A stretch of 58,661 nt of DNA, from positions 1 to 58,661 of the forward strand of contig JBAZGE010000003.1 of assembly GCA_041653035.1 (NCBI GenBank), read 5' to 3'. The position numbers and the translations under genes are program-made. The stretch is from Candidatus Omnitrophota bacterium (GTDB lineage: Bacteria > Omnitrophota > Gorgyraeia > Gygaellales > Profunditerraquicolaceae). The notes beneath the pieces were generated by a model. The model had not been told where the DNA came from. It saw only the letters and a program-made list of their open reading frames with translations, and did no database searches. This document shows positions 17,836-26,471 of the stretch, in pieces (positions within the stretch are counted from its first letter, which is position 1; every line of letters begins with the position of its first letter).

Positions 17836-17935
17836 GCGGTATTCATATTGCTCGGTACCGCCGGGAATTTGCGGCGGACACTAAGTTTTGAACACATCCC
17901 GCGGGCGCTTCTGCGCCCTCAGGATGTGCTTTTTT

Positions 17936-18319
17936 ATGGTACAGGAGGAGGGTATCGCCATCGATTCGAAAAAAATCGCTTTGCGTATTGCTCAAACCAT
18001 ACGAGATAAGAAAGCCGAGAAGGTTGTTGTTCTGGATATGCGCGCTCTTACCGGCTTTTGCGAATATTTTGTTATCTGCAGCTGTACTTCCCATAGGCAC
18101 GTTAACGCGTTGGCCAATACCGTTAAAGATGATCTTGCTCAAGAGGGGATTAAGCCTCTTTCCCGGGTATCTCCGGAAGACGGATCAGGCTGGGTTGTGC
18201 TTGATTTTTCCAGTGTGGTGGCGCATTTTTTCTCTAAAACGACCAGAGAATTTTACGCTTTAGAGCGTTTATGGTCTGACGCGAAAAGAGTGCGTATCCC
18301 CAAGAAAACAGTCTTGTAG
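17936..18319 (+). CDS. rsfS: ribosome silencing factor RsfS (iojap family)
   Basis: KKAEKVVVLDMRALTGFCEYFVICSCTSHRHVNALA is characteristic of RsfS. The start codon is uncertain (17888-17936). Confidence 0.85.
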   Translation: MVQEEGIAIDSKKIALRIAQTIRDKKAEKVVVLDMRALTGFCEYFVICSCTSHRHVNALANTVKDDLAQEGIKPLSRVSPEDGSGWVVLDFSSVVAHFFSKTTREFYALERLWSDAKRVRIPKKTVL

Positions 18320-18340
18320 ACGTAGTCATCCTCATTTCCA

Positions 18341-19969
18341 ATGAAAGATATACAGAGTATTCTTAACCTTGCCGTAAAAGACGCGCTCGGGGAGATTGCG
18401 CGTTCTTCCGATGCTCCTCTGCCTCCTTTCGAGGTTTCTCTCGCCGGAGGATTCGGGGATCTTTCTCTTAATATCGCTTTGAAACTGGGCAGCCTGCTGA
18501 AGTCGCCGCCCCGCACGATCGCCGATCAGCTGGTTGAGTCGTTCCGCAAGAACGGAGACCGGAGCGGCTTGTCGGCGTTTGTCCGCGAAATCAAAGTCGA
18601 GGGGCCCGGGTTCATAAATTTCTATCTGAAAGACGCTTATTTCTACGGCCAGCTGCACGAGATCCTTTCTGAAAAAAATGATTTCGGCAGGAGCGGCGAG
18701 GGCGCGGGGAAAAAAGTGTTGATCGAGTTCGTGAGCGCCAATCCTACCGGCCCGTTATCGGTAGCACACGCCCGGCAGGCGGCAGTAGGGGATGCCCTTG
18801 CCAATGTCCTGTCTTTCCTGGGATTTTCGGTACAGCGTGAATATTACCTGAACGATGAAGGGAACCAGATCAACATACTGGGGAGATCCATCGAGACGCG
18901 GCTGTCCGCGTTGAACGGAGCGAACGTCGAATTTCCCGAGAACTATTATCAGGGCGATTATATAATCGAGCTTGCCCGGCAGATAAAAGAAAAGAACCTT
19001 CCGGTGAAGGATTTTTCCGAATACGGGGTAAAGGAGATACTGTCTACCATCGAAAAAGAACTGCGGGATTTCGGGGTGGTTTTTGACTGTTGGTACAGCC
19101 AGAAGGCGCTGCGGGAATGCGGGAAGATCGATGCGGCGTTCGCCCTTTTAAAAGATCATCTGTATAAAGAAGAAGGCGCGACCTGGTTCAGGTCCACGCC
19201 GTTAGGCGACGATAAAGACCGGGTTGTCATCAAGAGCGACGGTTCATATACGTATCTCGCTCCGGATATCGCCTATCATTACGATAAATATAAACGGGGT
19301 TTTAACTGGCTGATAAATCTCTGGGGGCCGGACCATCACGGGTATATAAACCGTCTCAAGGCTTCGGTCAAGGCTTTAGGCCATGAGCCGGATTCTCTTT
19401 CCGTCATCATTGTTCAGTTGGCTTCGATCTTCAGGGACGGCAAGCCGGTTGAAATGTCTACCCGGCGCGGACAGTATATTTCCCTCCGGGAAGTACTCGA
19501 TGAAGTGGGGGTGGATGCGGCCAGGTTCTTTTTCCTGATGCGCCGGACTTCCAGCCAGCTGAGTTTTGACCTGGAGGTCGCCAAAAAGCAGACTGCCGAG
19601 AATCCGGTGTATTACGTGCAATACGCCTACGCGAGGATATGCAGTATCCTGCGTTCGGGCCCGGAGAACTGCGCCTATGATCATGCTGACCTGACTTTGT
19701 TAAAGGAAGAAGAAGAGCTCCAGGTGATACGCAAGCTCTGGCAGTTTCCGTATACCCTGCAGATCTGTCAGAATACCATCGATCCGTATATGCTGACGGT
19801 GTATCTCCAGGAAACTGCGGAGGTGTTTCATAAATTTTACGATAAACACCGGGTGTTGGGGCAGGCGGAAGATTTGACCAACGCACGGCTGGCTTTGATC
19901 AAAGGAGTGGAGACCGTTATCGGAATAAGCTTAGGACTGCTGGGAGTGTCCAAGCCCCAAAAGATGTAA
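18341..19969 (+). CDS. argS: arginine--tRNA ligase
   Basis: 542 aa. Class-I signature region SANPTGPLSVAHARQA and a KMSKS-like MSTRRG. Confidence 0.95.
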   Translation: MKDIQSILNLAVKDALGEIARSSDAPLPPFEVSLAGGFGDLSLNIALKLGSLLKSPPRTIADQLVESFRKNGDRSGLSAFVREIKVEGPGFINFYLKDAYFYGQLHEILSEKNDFGRSGEGAGKKVLIEFVSANPTGPLSVAHARQAAVGDALANVLSFLGFSVQREYYLNDEGNQINILGRSIETRLSALNGANVEFPENYYQGDYIIELARQIKEKNLPVKDFSEYGVKEILSTIEKELRDFGVVFDCWYSQKALRECGKIDAAFALLKDHLYKEEGATWFRSTPLGDDKDRVVIKSDGSYTYLAPDIAYHYDKYKRGFNWLINLWGPDHHGYINRLKASVKALGHEPDSLSVIIVQLASIFRDGKPVEMSTRRGQYISLREVLDEVGVDAARFFFLMRRTSSQLSFDLEVAKKQTAENPVYYVQYAYARICSILRSGPENCAYDHADLTLLKEEEELQVIRKLWQFPYTLQICQNTIDPYMLTVYLQETAEVFHKFYDKHRVLGQAEDLTNARLALIKGVETVIGISLGLLGVSKPQKM

Positions 19970-20000
19970 GCATAATAGTTATGTGAGTCGAGAGGGCCGT

Positions 20001-21692
20001 ATGTACTCGCAGAAAATAATAAGGATCGCTTCGCAGGAAAGTAATTTACAGGCCCAATTAAGCCGGGAACTCGGTATCAGCAGGATTCTTGCCCAGGTGC
20101 TGATCAACCGGGGGATACGCAGTGCCTCGGAAGCGCAGAAATTCCTGAATGTTGAACTTGGTCAGCTTCAGGATCCTTTCCTTTTTGCCCAGATGGACCA
20201 GGCCGTGGGTTTCATCAAAAAATCGATCGAGCAGAAAGAAAAAATCCTTATTTTCAGCGATTACGACGTGGACGGGGTGACCGCGCTGACTTTGTTGGAA
20301 ACCACCCTTTCCTCGATGGGGGCGGAAACATTTCATTATATCCCCAACCGGATCAAGGAAGGGTATGGCCTCAATCCCGCCATTTTAACCCTGGTAAAAG
20401 AAAAGAATATAAAACTGCTTATTACCGCCGATTGCGGGACGAACAGTCATGAACTCATCCGGGAACTCCGGAAGAATGGGATCACCGTGATTGTTACCGA
20501 TCATCATGAACCCCAGGAAGACGGGGTTCTGCATGCCGCCACCGCCATGATCAATCCGAAACTAAAAGATTCGAATTACTCTTACCGCGACCTGGCGGGA
20601 GTGGGCGTGGCCTATAAGTTATGCCAGGCTCTCACGGGAAAATTTTTGAAGGATGACCTGGATATCGTTGCTTTGGGTACGGTGGCGGATTGTGTTCCCT
20701 TGACCGGGGAGAACCGGGTTTTGGTCAAGGAGGGATTGACCAGCCTGGCTCAGACGAAACGGATCGGATTGCGGGCGCTTATGGAAGTCAGCCGTTTACG
20801 GAACAAAAAGATCACTCCCGAATTCATCAGTTTTATACTCGGCCCGCGCATCAATGCCGGCGGCCGTATGGATACCGCCGAGATATCCTTTGACCTGTTG
20901 ATGAGCCAAAACGGGGAAGAGGCGGAACAGTTGGCCCGGACTATCGAAGATTGTAACCGTCAGCGGCAGAAAGTGGAGAATAATATTCTTGAGGAAGCCG
21001 GGAGTTTGATCGACCGGGAGGTTAATTTTAAGGATCATAAGATCGTGGTATTGGCCAAAGAAGGCTGGCATCCGGGGGTTCTGGGGATCGTGGCCGCCAA
21101 GTTGGTCGACCGGTTTTACCGTCCTACCATACTCATATCTTTGTCCGAGCGTCTCTGCCGGGGATCCGGCCGTTCCATAAAGAACTTCCATCTTTTTGAG
21201 GGGATCGAACAATGCAGCGAACTGCTCAGTAGTTTCGGGGGGCATCAGCATGCCGTAGGCATGGTTATAGAGCGGGATAATATCGATGTTTTCAGGGACA
21301 GGATCAATAAAGTGGCGCACGAAAAAATGATCTTTGAAGACCTGCTTCCCAGTTATGAGGTGGATATGGAATTGTCCCTCGAGGAACTGACCGATGATTT
21401 GATCCGTGAACTTGCGGCTTTGGAGCCGTTCGGCTCCGGGAATACGGAGCCGTTATTCTATACCCGCGGCCTGGAATTAAAAGGGGAATCCCGCCTTTTA
21501 GGCAGAGAGACGCTTAAGTTCTGGGTAACCGATGGAAAAAATACTTTTCCGGCTATCGGATTCGGTAAGGCGGGCATGAACGAGAGCCTGCAGGACGCCG
21601 ATTCTTTCGATATGGTCTATAAACTGCGCATCGATACCTGGAACGGGGAAGAATCCCTCATCCTCGAGATCAAAGATATGTTTTTTCGGTAA
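20001..21692 (+). CDS. recJ: single-stranded-DNA-specific exonuclease RecJ
   Basis: DHH-family motifs DYDVDGVT, ITADCG and VTDHH. ATG 20001 follows a GAGGG Shine-Dalgarno; the ORF-track GTG at 19983 is an alternative. Confidence 0.9.
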   Translation: MYSQKIIRIASQESNLQAQLSRELGISRILAQVLINRGIRSASEAQKFLNVELGQLQDPFLFAQMDQAVGFIKKSIEQKEKILIFSDYDVDGVTALTLLETTLSSMGAETFHYIPNRIKEGYGLNPAILTLVKEKNIKLLITADCGTNSHELIRELRKNGITVIVTDHHEPQEDGVLHAATAMINPKLKDSNYSYRDLAGVGVAYKLCQALTGKFLKDDLDIVALGTVADCVPLTGENRVLVKEGLTSLAQTKRIGLRALMEVSRLRNKKITPEFISFILGPRINAGGRMDTAEISFDLLMSQNGEEAEQLARTIEDCNRQRQKVENNILEEAGSLIDREVNFKDHKIVVLAKEGWHPGVLGIVAAKLVDRFYRPTILISLSERLCRGSGRSIKNFHLFEGIEQCSELLSSFGGHQHAVGMVIERDNIDVFRDRINKVAHEKMIFEDLLPSYEVDMELSLEELTDDLIRELAALEPFGSGNTEPLFYTRGLELKGESRLLGRETLKFWVTDGKNTFPAIGFGKAGMNESLQDADSFDMVYKLRIDTWNGEESLILEIKDMFFR

Positions 21693-21840
21693 CCGCGGCT
21701 GTGTTTTTTTGATATTGTTTTGCTATCGGGTTTTATTCCGGCCAGGCGGCTTTTTTCTGGTGGTTGATCATCGGTTTGTTTTGAGGGGGCAAACGAAAGA
21801 CGCACAAGGAAATACCGGGAGGCTTTGGGCCGGGAGTGTG

Positions 21841-21876
21841 AAAAATATCCCCGGTTTCGTTATACGTGAAACTGGA
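21841..21876 (-). terminator. candidate intrinsic terminator of rpmB
   Basis: On the minus strand: CCAGTTTC-loop-GAAACCGG hairpin (8 bp including one G-U pair), followed by GGATATTTTTC. Confidence 0.45.
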
Positions 21877-21907
21877 GATATTTTTAGGTATATGCCCGGG
21901 TGGGAAG

Positions 21908-22135
21908 TTACACTTTTTTGATCTCGCCCTTTTTGATACATTTTGTGCAGACGTATACCCGTTGAGGGGATACCCCTACGATAATGCGGATCCTCTTGAG
22001 GTTGGGCAGGAATTGGCGTTTAGTGCTTCGGACTATTTTGCTGCCGGTGCCGCCTTTCTTTTTGATAAGGCCCTTTCGCACGACTTTCATGCCGGTCATC
22101 GCCCCTTTTCCGCAGATGAAACATTTCCGTAACAT
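21908..22135 (-). CDS. rpmB: 50S ribosomal protein L28
   Basis: 75 aa, MLRKCFICGKGAMTGMKV..., typical of L28. AAGGAG Shine-Dalgarno. This is the only minus-strand gene I call in the window. Confidence 0.9.
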   Translation of the reverse strand: MLRKCFICGKGAMTGMKVVRKGLIKKKGGTGSKIVRSTKRQFLPNLKRIRIIVGVSPQRVYVCTKCIKKGEIKKV

Positions 22136-22163
22136 AGTTCACTCCTTTATGCTATTATAGCCT

Positions 22164-22268
22164 TAATCCCCTCCGCAAAATCCTCGGTCTTCAGACCGGG
22201 GATAGGAATCTATGGATGTGTTTTTTTGCTTCGGGGAGGGAGCCTTGCCTTTAAGCTGAGGGGCTCCC
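22164..22268 (+). repeat. structured ~105-nt repeat, copy E1 (candidate sRNA or small mobile palindrome)
   Basis: Near-identical to 58501-58606. Predicted helices: CCCTCC..GCAAAA / TTTTGC..GGAGGG; CCTCGGTC-TTCA-GACCGGGG; GGAGCC...GGCTCC. Confidence 0.6.
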
Positions 22269-22358
22269 TTAGGTGATTATTCTTAACAAGTATACTGGAA
22301 AGCCGCGTATTGTCAAGAATTCATTTTTCTCCGGAGCAGAATTATTTCTTAAAAAGAG

Positions 22359-22386
22359 TTGCACAAAACAATAATTATGTTATACT
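22359..22386 (+). promoter_or_regulatory. sigma70-type promoter (extended -10) upstream of rpsB
   Basis: TTGCAC, 16 nt, TATACT, preceded by TGT (TGn extended -10). The leader of roughly 85 nt has hairpins GTACTTTT..AAAAGTAC and AGCAG..CTGCT. Confidence 0.55.
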
Positions 22387-22476
22387 AAACTTCTTTAAGA
22401 ATATGTACTTTTTCGAGTTAAAAGTACCTGTGAAAAAATAAGCAGCAGTTTCCTGCTCAATAAAGGAGGAGTAACG

Positions 22477-23361
22477 TTGTCACTAGAATTGATCAAACAG
22501 TTATTGGAAGCCGGGGTCCATTTCGGCCATAGAACGTCGCGCTGGAACCCAAAAATGAAGAAGTTTATTTTTGGCCACCGCAGCGGTATTTATATAATCG
22601 ACCTGGAAAAGACCGTGGAGTGCTTGAATAAAGCGCGGGATTTCCTGCTGGAGATTACCTCCAAGGGCGAGGTAGTGCTTTTTGTGGGGACCAAAAAGCA
22701 GGCGCAGGAGATTATTCAGCAGGAAGCGATCCGCTGTGGTATGTATTATGTCACGGAACGCTGGCCGGGCGGATTGCTGACCAATTTTTCGACCATCAAA
22801 AAGCGGATCGCCCGCATGAAAGAGATCGAGCGGATGAAGGGCGATGGAACTTTCGAAAAGCTGACCAAAAAAGAAGTCGCTCTTTTGGAAAAAGAGCTGG
22901 CGAAGTTAAAGAAGAACTTTTTCGGGATCGTGCAGATGGAACATATGCCGAAAGCGGTTTTTATCGTTGATACGAAAAAGGAGGAGACCGCTGTCAGGGA
23001 AGCCCGGCGGCTGCTTATCCCGGTCATCGGTTTTATCGATACGAATTCGGATCCCGACCTGGTCGATTTTCCCATTCCCGGGAATGATGACGCGACCAAA
23101 TCGATCCGTATCGTGGCCGGCCTTATCGCCGATAGTGTCATTGAAGGCAGGAAAAAATTCCTTTCGTATCTGACCCAGGAAGGCGGGATTGTCAAGGAGC
23201 AGAAAAAGGGTGATGATGCCGCGCTGGTTTTACCGGCAGAAGAAGTCGGAATCAAGGAAATCGAGGAGATTGTTGAAAAGGCCGAGCCTCCCAGTGAAGA
23301 ATCAAAGGCCGCGCGGAAGGGGCGTACGGGGGTACCGGTGCGGAAGAAGGATGGAGCATAA
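22477..23361 (+). CDS. rpsB: 30S ribosomal protein S2
   Basis: LLEAGVHFGHRTSRWNPKM N-terminus. TTG start after AGGAGG. Charged C-terminal extension. Confidence 0.95.
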   Translation: MSLELIKQLLEAGVHFGHRTSRWNPKMKKFIFGHRSGIYIIDLEKTVECLNKARDFLLEITSKGEVVLFVGTKKQAQEIIQQEAIRCGMYYVTERWPGGLLTNFSTIKKRIARMKEIERMKGDGTFEKLTKKEVALLEKELAKLKKNFFGIVQMEHMPKAVFIVDTKKEETAVREARRLLIPVIGFIDTNSDPDLVDFPIPGNDDATKSIRIVAGLIADSVIEGRKKFLSYLTQEGGIVKEQKKGDDAALVLPAEEVGIKEIEEIVEKAEPPSEESKAARKGRTGVPVRKKDGA

Positions 23362-23389
23362 TAATTACTCAGGAAGGAGCAATAAAGAG

Positions 23390-23914
23390 ATGGTTGTTTC
23401 GGTAGATCAGATCAAGGAATTACGCAGAGTGAGTTTGGCGAGCATTGCCGATTGCCGGAAGGCTTTGATGGAGGCTGACGGCGATTTCGATAAAGCAATT
23501 CAATTGTTGCGCAAGCGGGGCCTGGAGATCGCCGCCAAGAGGCAGGGCAGCACGGCAAAAGAAGGCCGGGTGGAAGTCTATCTGCACATGGGCAATAAAA
23601 TAGGTGTTTTAGTGGAAGTTTCCAGCGAGACGGATTTCGTGGCGCGCAATGAGGATTTTATCCAGTTTACCAAAGATATTGCCATGCAGATAGCCGCCTG
23701 TGACCCGGCGTATGTCAAGGGTGAAGAAGTCCCGGCTGAAATGCTTGAAACGGCGAAGGATAAAGAGCAGTTCCTGAAGGCGAATTGCCTTATGGAACAG
23801 CCGTTCATAAAGGATCCCAGCTTGAGTATTAAGGATCTCTTGGGCGGCTTGGTCGCGAAATACAAAGAAAATATCGTCATTCGTAGATTTGTCCGCTATA
23901 AGATCGGTGGATAA
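23390..23914 (+). CDS. tsf: elongation factor Ts (short form, 174 aa)
   Basis: UBA-like N-terminus [36 protein letters not shown] and [11 protein letters not shown]. The ORF-track start at 23189 overlaps rpsB in another frame; ATG 23390 follows GGAAGGAG. Confidence 0.9.
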   Translation: MVVSVDQIKELRRVSLASIADCRKALMEADGDFDKAIQLLRKRGLEIAAKRQGSTAKEGRVEVYLHMGNKIGVLVEVSSETDFVARNEDFIQFTKDIAMQIAACDPAYVKGEEVPAEMLETAKDKEQFLKANCLMEQPFIKDPSLSIKDLLGGLVAKYKENIVIRRFVRYKIGG

Positions 23915-24636
23915 TGCCTGAAACCGTTTATAAAAGAATAGTCCTTAAATTAAGCGGAGAGGCTCTGCAGGGAAAAAGAGCCCACGGGATCGATCATAAT
24001 ATTCTTCTTTCTATAGCCCATCAGATACGGGATCTCAGGGAATTAGGCGTCGATGTGGCTATCGTTTTGGGCGGAGGAAACATCCTGAGGGGACAGGAAA
24101 ATACCGCTTCTCTGGGGTTGGATCTGGACCGCTCGGTCGCGGATTATATGGGGATGCTGGCTACGGTCATAAACGGCCTGGCTTTTCAGGATGTTCTGGA
24201 GAAAATCGGGATACCCACCCGGGTAATGACCGCTATCGAGATACAGCGGATCGCGGAACCCTACATACGCAGAAAGGCGATCCGTCATTTGGAAAAAGAA
24301 AGGGTGGTTATTTTCGTTGCCGGTACCGGTAATCCGTTTTTTACCACCGATACCGCGGCGGCCCTGCGCGCGGTAGAGATCAACGCGCAGGCGCTTTTAA
24401 AAGCTACCAAGGTGGACGGGGTGTATACCGCCGATCCGGTCAAGGTGAAGGAAGCTCAGAAATTCGAGACTATAAAATACATAGAGGTACTTCAGCAGGA
24501 TCTTCGATTCATGGACGCGACAGCGGTAAGTCTGTGCATGGATAATAAATTGCCTATTATCGTTTTTAATTTAACCCAGGAGGGGAATATCAAGCGTCTT
24601 CTCCTGGGAGAAAAAATCGGTACGGTTATTAACTGA
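23914..24636 (+). CDS. pyrH: UMP kinase
   Basis: [13 protein letters not shown]-terminus and GGGNILRG. 1-nt overlap (TAATG) with tsf. Confidence 0.95.
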   Translation: MPETVYKRIVLKLSGEALQGKRAHGIDHNILLSIAHQIRDLRELGVDVAIVLGGGNILRGQENTASLGLDLDRSVADYMGMLATVINGLAFQDVLEKIGIPTRVMTAIEIQRIAEPYIRRKAIRHLEKERVVIFVAGTGNPFFTTDTAAALRAVEINAQALLKATKVDGVYTADPVKVKEAQKFETIKYIEVLQQDLRFMDATAVSLCMDNKLPIIVFNLTQEGNIKRLLLGEKIGTVIN

Positions 24637-24656
24637 TCTCCACAAGGGAGGTGCGT

Positions 24657-25217
24657 ATGACGGTCAGGGAAGTGCTGCATACAACAGAGGATAAGTTGAA
24701 GAAGATGCTGGATTTTCTTCTGCGGGAATTTTCCGAGATCCGGACCGGCAGGGCAAGCCCGCATCTGGTGGAAGGCATGCATGTGGATTATTACGGTACC
24801 CCGACAATTCTAAAACAGTTGGCTTCAATTTCCGTGCCTGATGCGCATATGGTGGTCATCCAGCCGTGGGATCCCAAGGTTATTCCCGAGATCGAAAAAG
24901 CCATCTTGAAATCGAATCTGGGGATTACCCCGTTCAATGACGGCAAAGCGATAAAACTGCCTGTTCCGCAGTTATCCAAGGAACGGCGGCTGGAGCTTAC
25001 TAAAATGGTGAATAAGATCTCTGAAGAAGGCAAGATTTCGGTCAGGACAATCCGCCGTGATTCAAAAGAGCTTCTGGAGAAGCTTGAGAAGGATAAATTG
25101 ATCTCGGAAGACGAAAAATTCAAAGGTATTGAAGAACTTCAGAAAATCGTCGATAAGTATGCCGCCAAGATAGAAGAAATACTCAAGAACAAAGACAAAG
25201 AGATCCTCGAAATTTAA
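24657..25217 (+). CDS. frr: ribosome recycling factor
   Basis: Canonical rpsB-tsf-pyrH-frr order and typical RRF sequence (IRTGRASPHLVE..., LPVPQLSKERR). ATG 24657 after GGGAGG. Confidence 0.95.
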   Translation: MTVREVLHTTEDKLKKMLDFLLREFSEIRTGRASPHLVEGMHVDYYGTPTILKQLASISVPDAHMVVIQPWDPKVIPEIEKAILKSNLGITPFNDGKAIKLPVPQLSKERRLELTKMVNKISEEGKISVRTIRRDSKELLEKLEKDKLISEDEKFKGIEELQKIVDKYAAKIEEILKNKDKEILEI

Positions 25218-25254
25218 GGAGTTTTTTTAATAAGCAGATTTTTTATCGTTCTTT

Positions 25255-25286
25255 CTGACAACCGACAACTGATAACTGACAACTAA
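25255..25286 (+). repeat. 7-nt tandem array CTGACAA CCGACAA CTGATAA CTGACAA CTAA between frr and tRNA-Lys
   Basis: Exact 7-nt period, one arm only, with TGA/TAA in the units. Confidence 0.75.
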
Positions 25287-25290
25287 ATTC

Positions 25291-25363
25291 GGGCCTCTAG
25301 CTCATCTGGTAGAGCACCACCCTTTTAAGGTGACTGTGCCGCGTTCGACTCGCGGGAGGCTCA
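25291..25363 (+). tRNA. tRNA-Lys (anticodon UUU)
   Basis: Hand-folded cloverleaf: acceptor GGGCCTC/GAGGCTC, D arm GCTC..GAGC, anticodon loop CTTTTAA, T arm CCGCG-TTCGACT-CGCGG, discriminator A. CCA is not encoded. Confidence 0.9.
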
Positions 25364-25380
25364 TTTAATTTGTTGCACGA

Positions 25381-25406
25381 GTGCATAGGTGCAGGAGTGC
25401 ATAAGT
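25381..25406 (+). repeat. GTGCATAAG-type array (one arm only) downstream of tRNA-Lys
   Basis: GTGCATAGGTGCAGGAGTGCATAAGT. Compare AGTGCATAGGTGCATAAGT at 37370-37389. Confidence 0.7.
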
Positions 25407-25748
25407 AAAGTCAAAAGATGGTTTGAGAAAAGCTTCGAGCGAGCGACATGTTTTTAACGGCTGTCCGCCGCAGGCGGACAAAGAGTTTTTGATTAAGGTT
25501 AGTGCCGTTAAAAACATCACAAAAGGGATTTTAAGGGAAAAAGTACGTTTTTCCCTTAAAGGAACTTGTTCAGGTGTGAAGGAAGGGGATGACAGCGACC
25601 GAGCGGTTTCTGCGAGGGAGCGCCAGAAGGGGAAACGTAGTTTCCCCTATGGGGAGCGAGCGTCCTTGCCAAGCGAGATAAGCAGGAAAATAAGCCTCAA
25701 CCGTTACAGGTTTACTATACAAGTACTGCAATAGCTACAGCGAGCGAC

Positions 25749-25830
25749 GGGCGGATGGCGGAATTGGCATACGCGATAGCCTTAGGAGCTATTGGGGCGA
25801 CCCTTGGAGGTTCAAATCCTCTTCCGCCCA
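25749..25830 (+). tRNA. tRNA-Leu (anticodon UAG), type II with a long variable arm
   Basis: Acceptor GGGCGGA/TCCGCCC, anticodon stem ATAGC/GCTAT with loop CTTAGGA, variable arm GGG-GCGA-CCC, T loop TTCAAAT. 82 nt. Confidence 0.88.
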
Positions 25831-25883
25831 GGATTATTACACGCGGAAGAGTTGATGAGAGCGTAGATATACCAGTAAATAAT

Positions 25884-25958
25884 GCGGCGGTAATTCAGCG
25901 GTAGAATGCTTGCTTGCCAAGCAAGATGGCACGGGTTCAAATCCCGTCCGCCGCTCCA
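25884..25958 (+). tRNA. tRNA-Gly (anticodon GCC), CCA encoded
   Basis: Acceptor GCGGCGG/CCGCCGC, anticodon stem CTTGC/GCAAG with loop TTGCCAA, T arm ACGGG-TTCAAAT-CCCGT, then TCCA. Confidence 0.9.
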
Positions 25959-26003
25959 AATTTTCACTTTAGGCTAACAACAGTGTTCCAGGGAGGAAGC
26001 GGT

Positions 26004-26471
26004 ATGAAAATTATGGATTTTTTGTCTAGAAAAGCTATCTTGCCGGATCTGAGAACTTCTAGAAAAGAAGATGTCATTAAGGAGCTTGTAGACGCTCTGG
26101 TGTCCGCCGGTGATATAGAAAAAAGCAGCCGCGCCAAGCTTATCGAGGCGCTTATGGAGAGGGAGTCCCTTGGGTCAACCGCTATCGGTCAGGGTATCGC
26201 TATCCCGCATGCCAAATCCGATTGCGTGAGCAAACTCGTCGGTGCGTTCGGTTTGTCAAAAAAAGGGGTGGATTTCGATTCGTTGGACGGAGAACCCGTT
26301 TACATTTTTTTTCTGCTCGTCGCACCCCATGATTCCGCCGGTTCGCATTTGAAAGCACTTGCCCGAATTTCCCGTCTTTTTAGAGATAAGTATTTCCGCG
26401 ACAGTCTGCGCGGTTGTGAGGATGATAAAAGCATTACCAGGATAATCAGCCAGGAAGATGAGAAGTTTTAA
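26004..26471 (+). CDS. ptsN: PTS EIIA-Ntr-like regulatory protein (PtsN family)
   Basis: EIIA(Fru/Ntr)-type sequence with phosphorylatable His in GQGIAIPHAK. ATG 26004 after GGAGG. The ORF-track extension overlaps tRNA-Gly. Confidence 0.85.
   Translation: MKIMDFLSRKAILPDLRTSRKEDVIKELVDALVSAGDIEKSSRAKLIEALMERESLGSTAIGQGIAIPHAKSDCVSKLVGAFGLSKKGVDFDSLDGEPVYIFFLLVAPHDSAGSHLKALARISRLFRDKYFRDSLRGCEDDKSITRIISQEDEKF

Noticed and set aside
21693-21907. ORFs 21709-21921 (+) and 21617-21805 (-) in the recJ-rpmB convergent spacer.
   Set aside because: No Shine-Dalgarno and no recognisable motifs. They overlap each other and the ends of real genes. The region more plausibly holds the terminators of the convergent recJ and rpmB genes.
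22136-22268. Element E1 as the 5' leader of rpmB (minus strand) or of rpsB (plus strand).
   Set aside because: On the minus strand a TATAAT box (22154-22159) lies between E1 and rpmB, so E1 would be upstream of the transcription start. On the plus strand a good rpsB promoter (22359-22386) lies downstream of E1. The second copy has an unrelated context.
23390-23914. The unusually short EF-Ts (174 aa) as a possible truncated or pseudogene copy.
   Set aside because: The reading frame is intact. The N-terminal UBA-like domain and core motifs are present, and the gene sits in the canonical rpsB-tsf-pyrH-frr operon with a 1-nt overlap to pyrH. Short EF-Ts forms exist in other bacteria, so there is no evidence of decay.
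25423-25734. 103-aa plus-strand ORF in the tRNA spacer.
   Set aside because: It has no Shine-Dalgarno. The reading frame runs straight through several perfect hairpins and repeat fragments. The peptide has no recognisable features.
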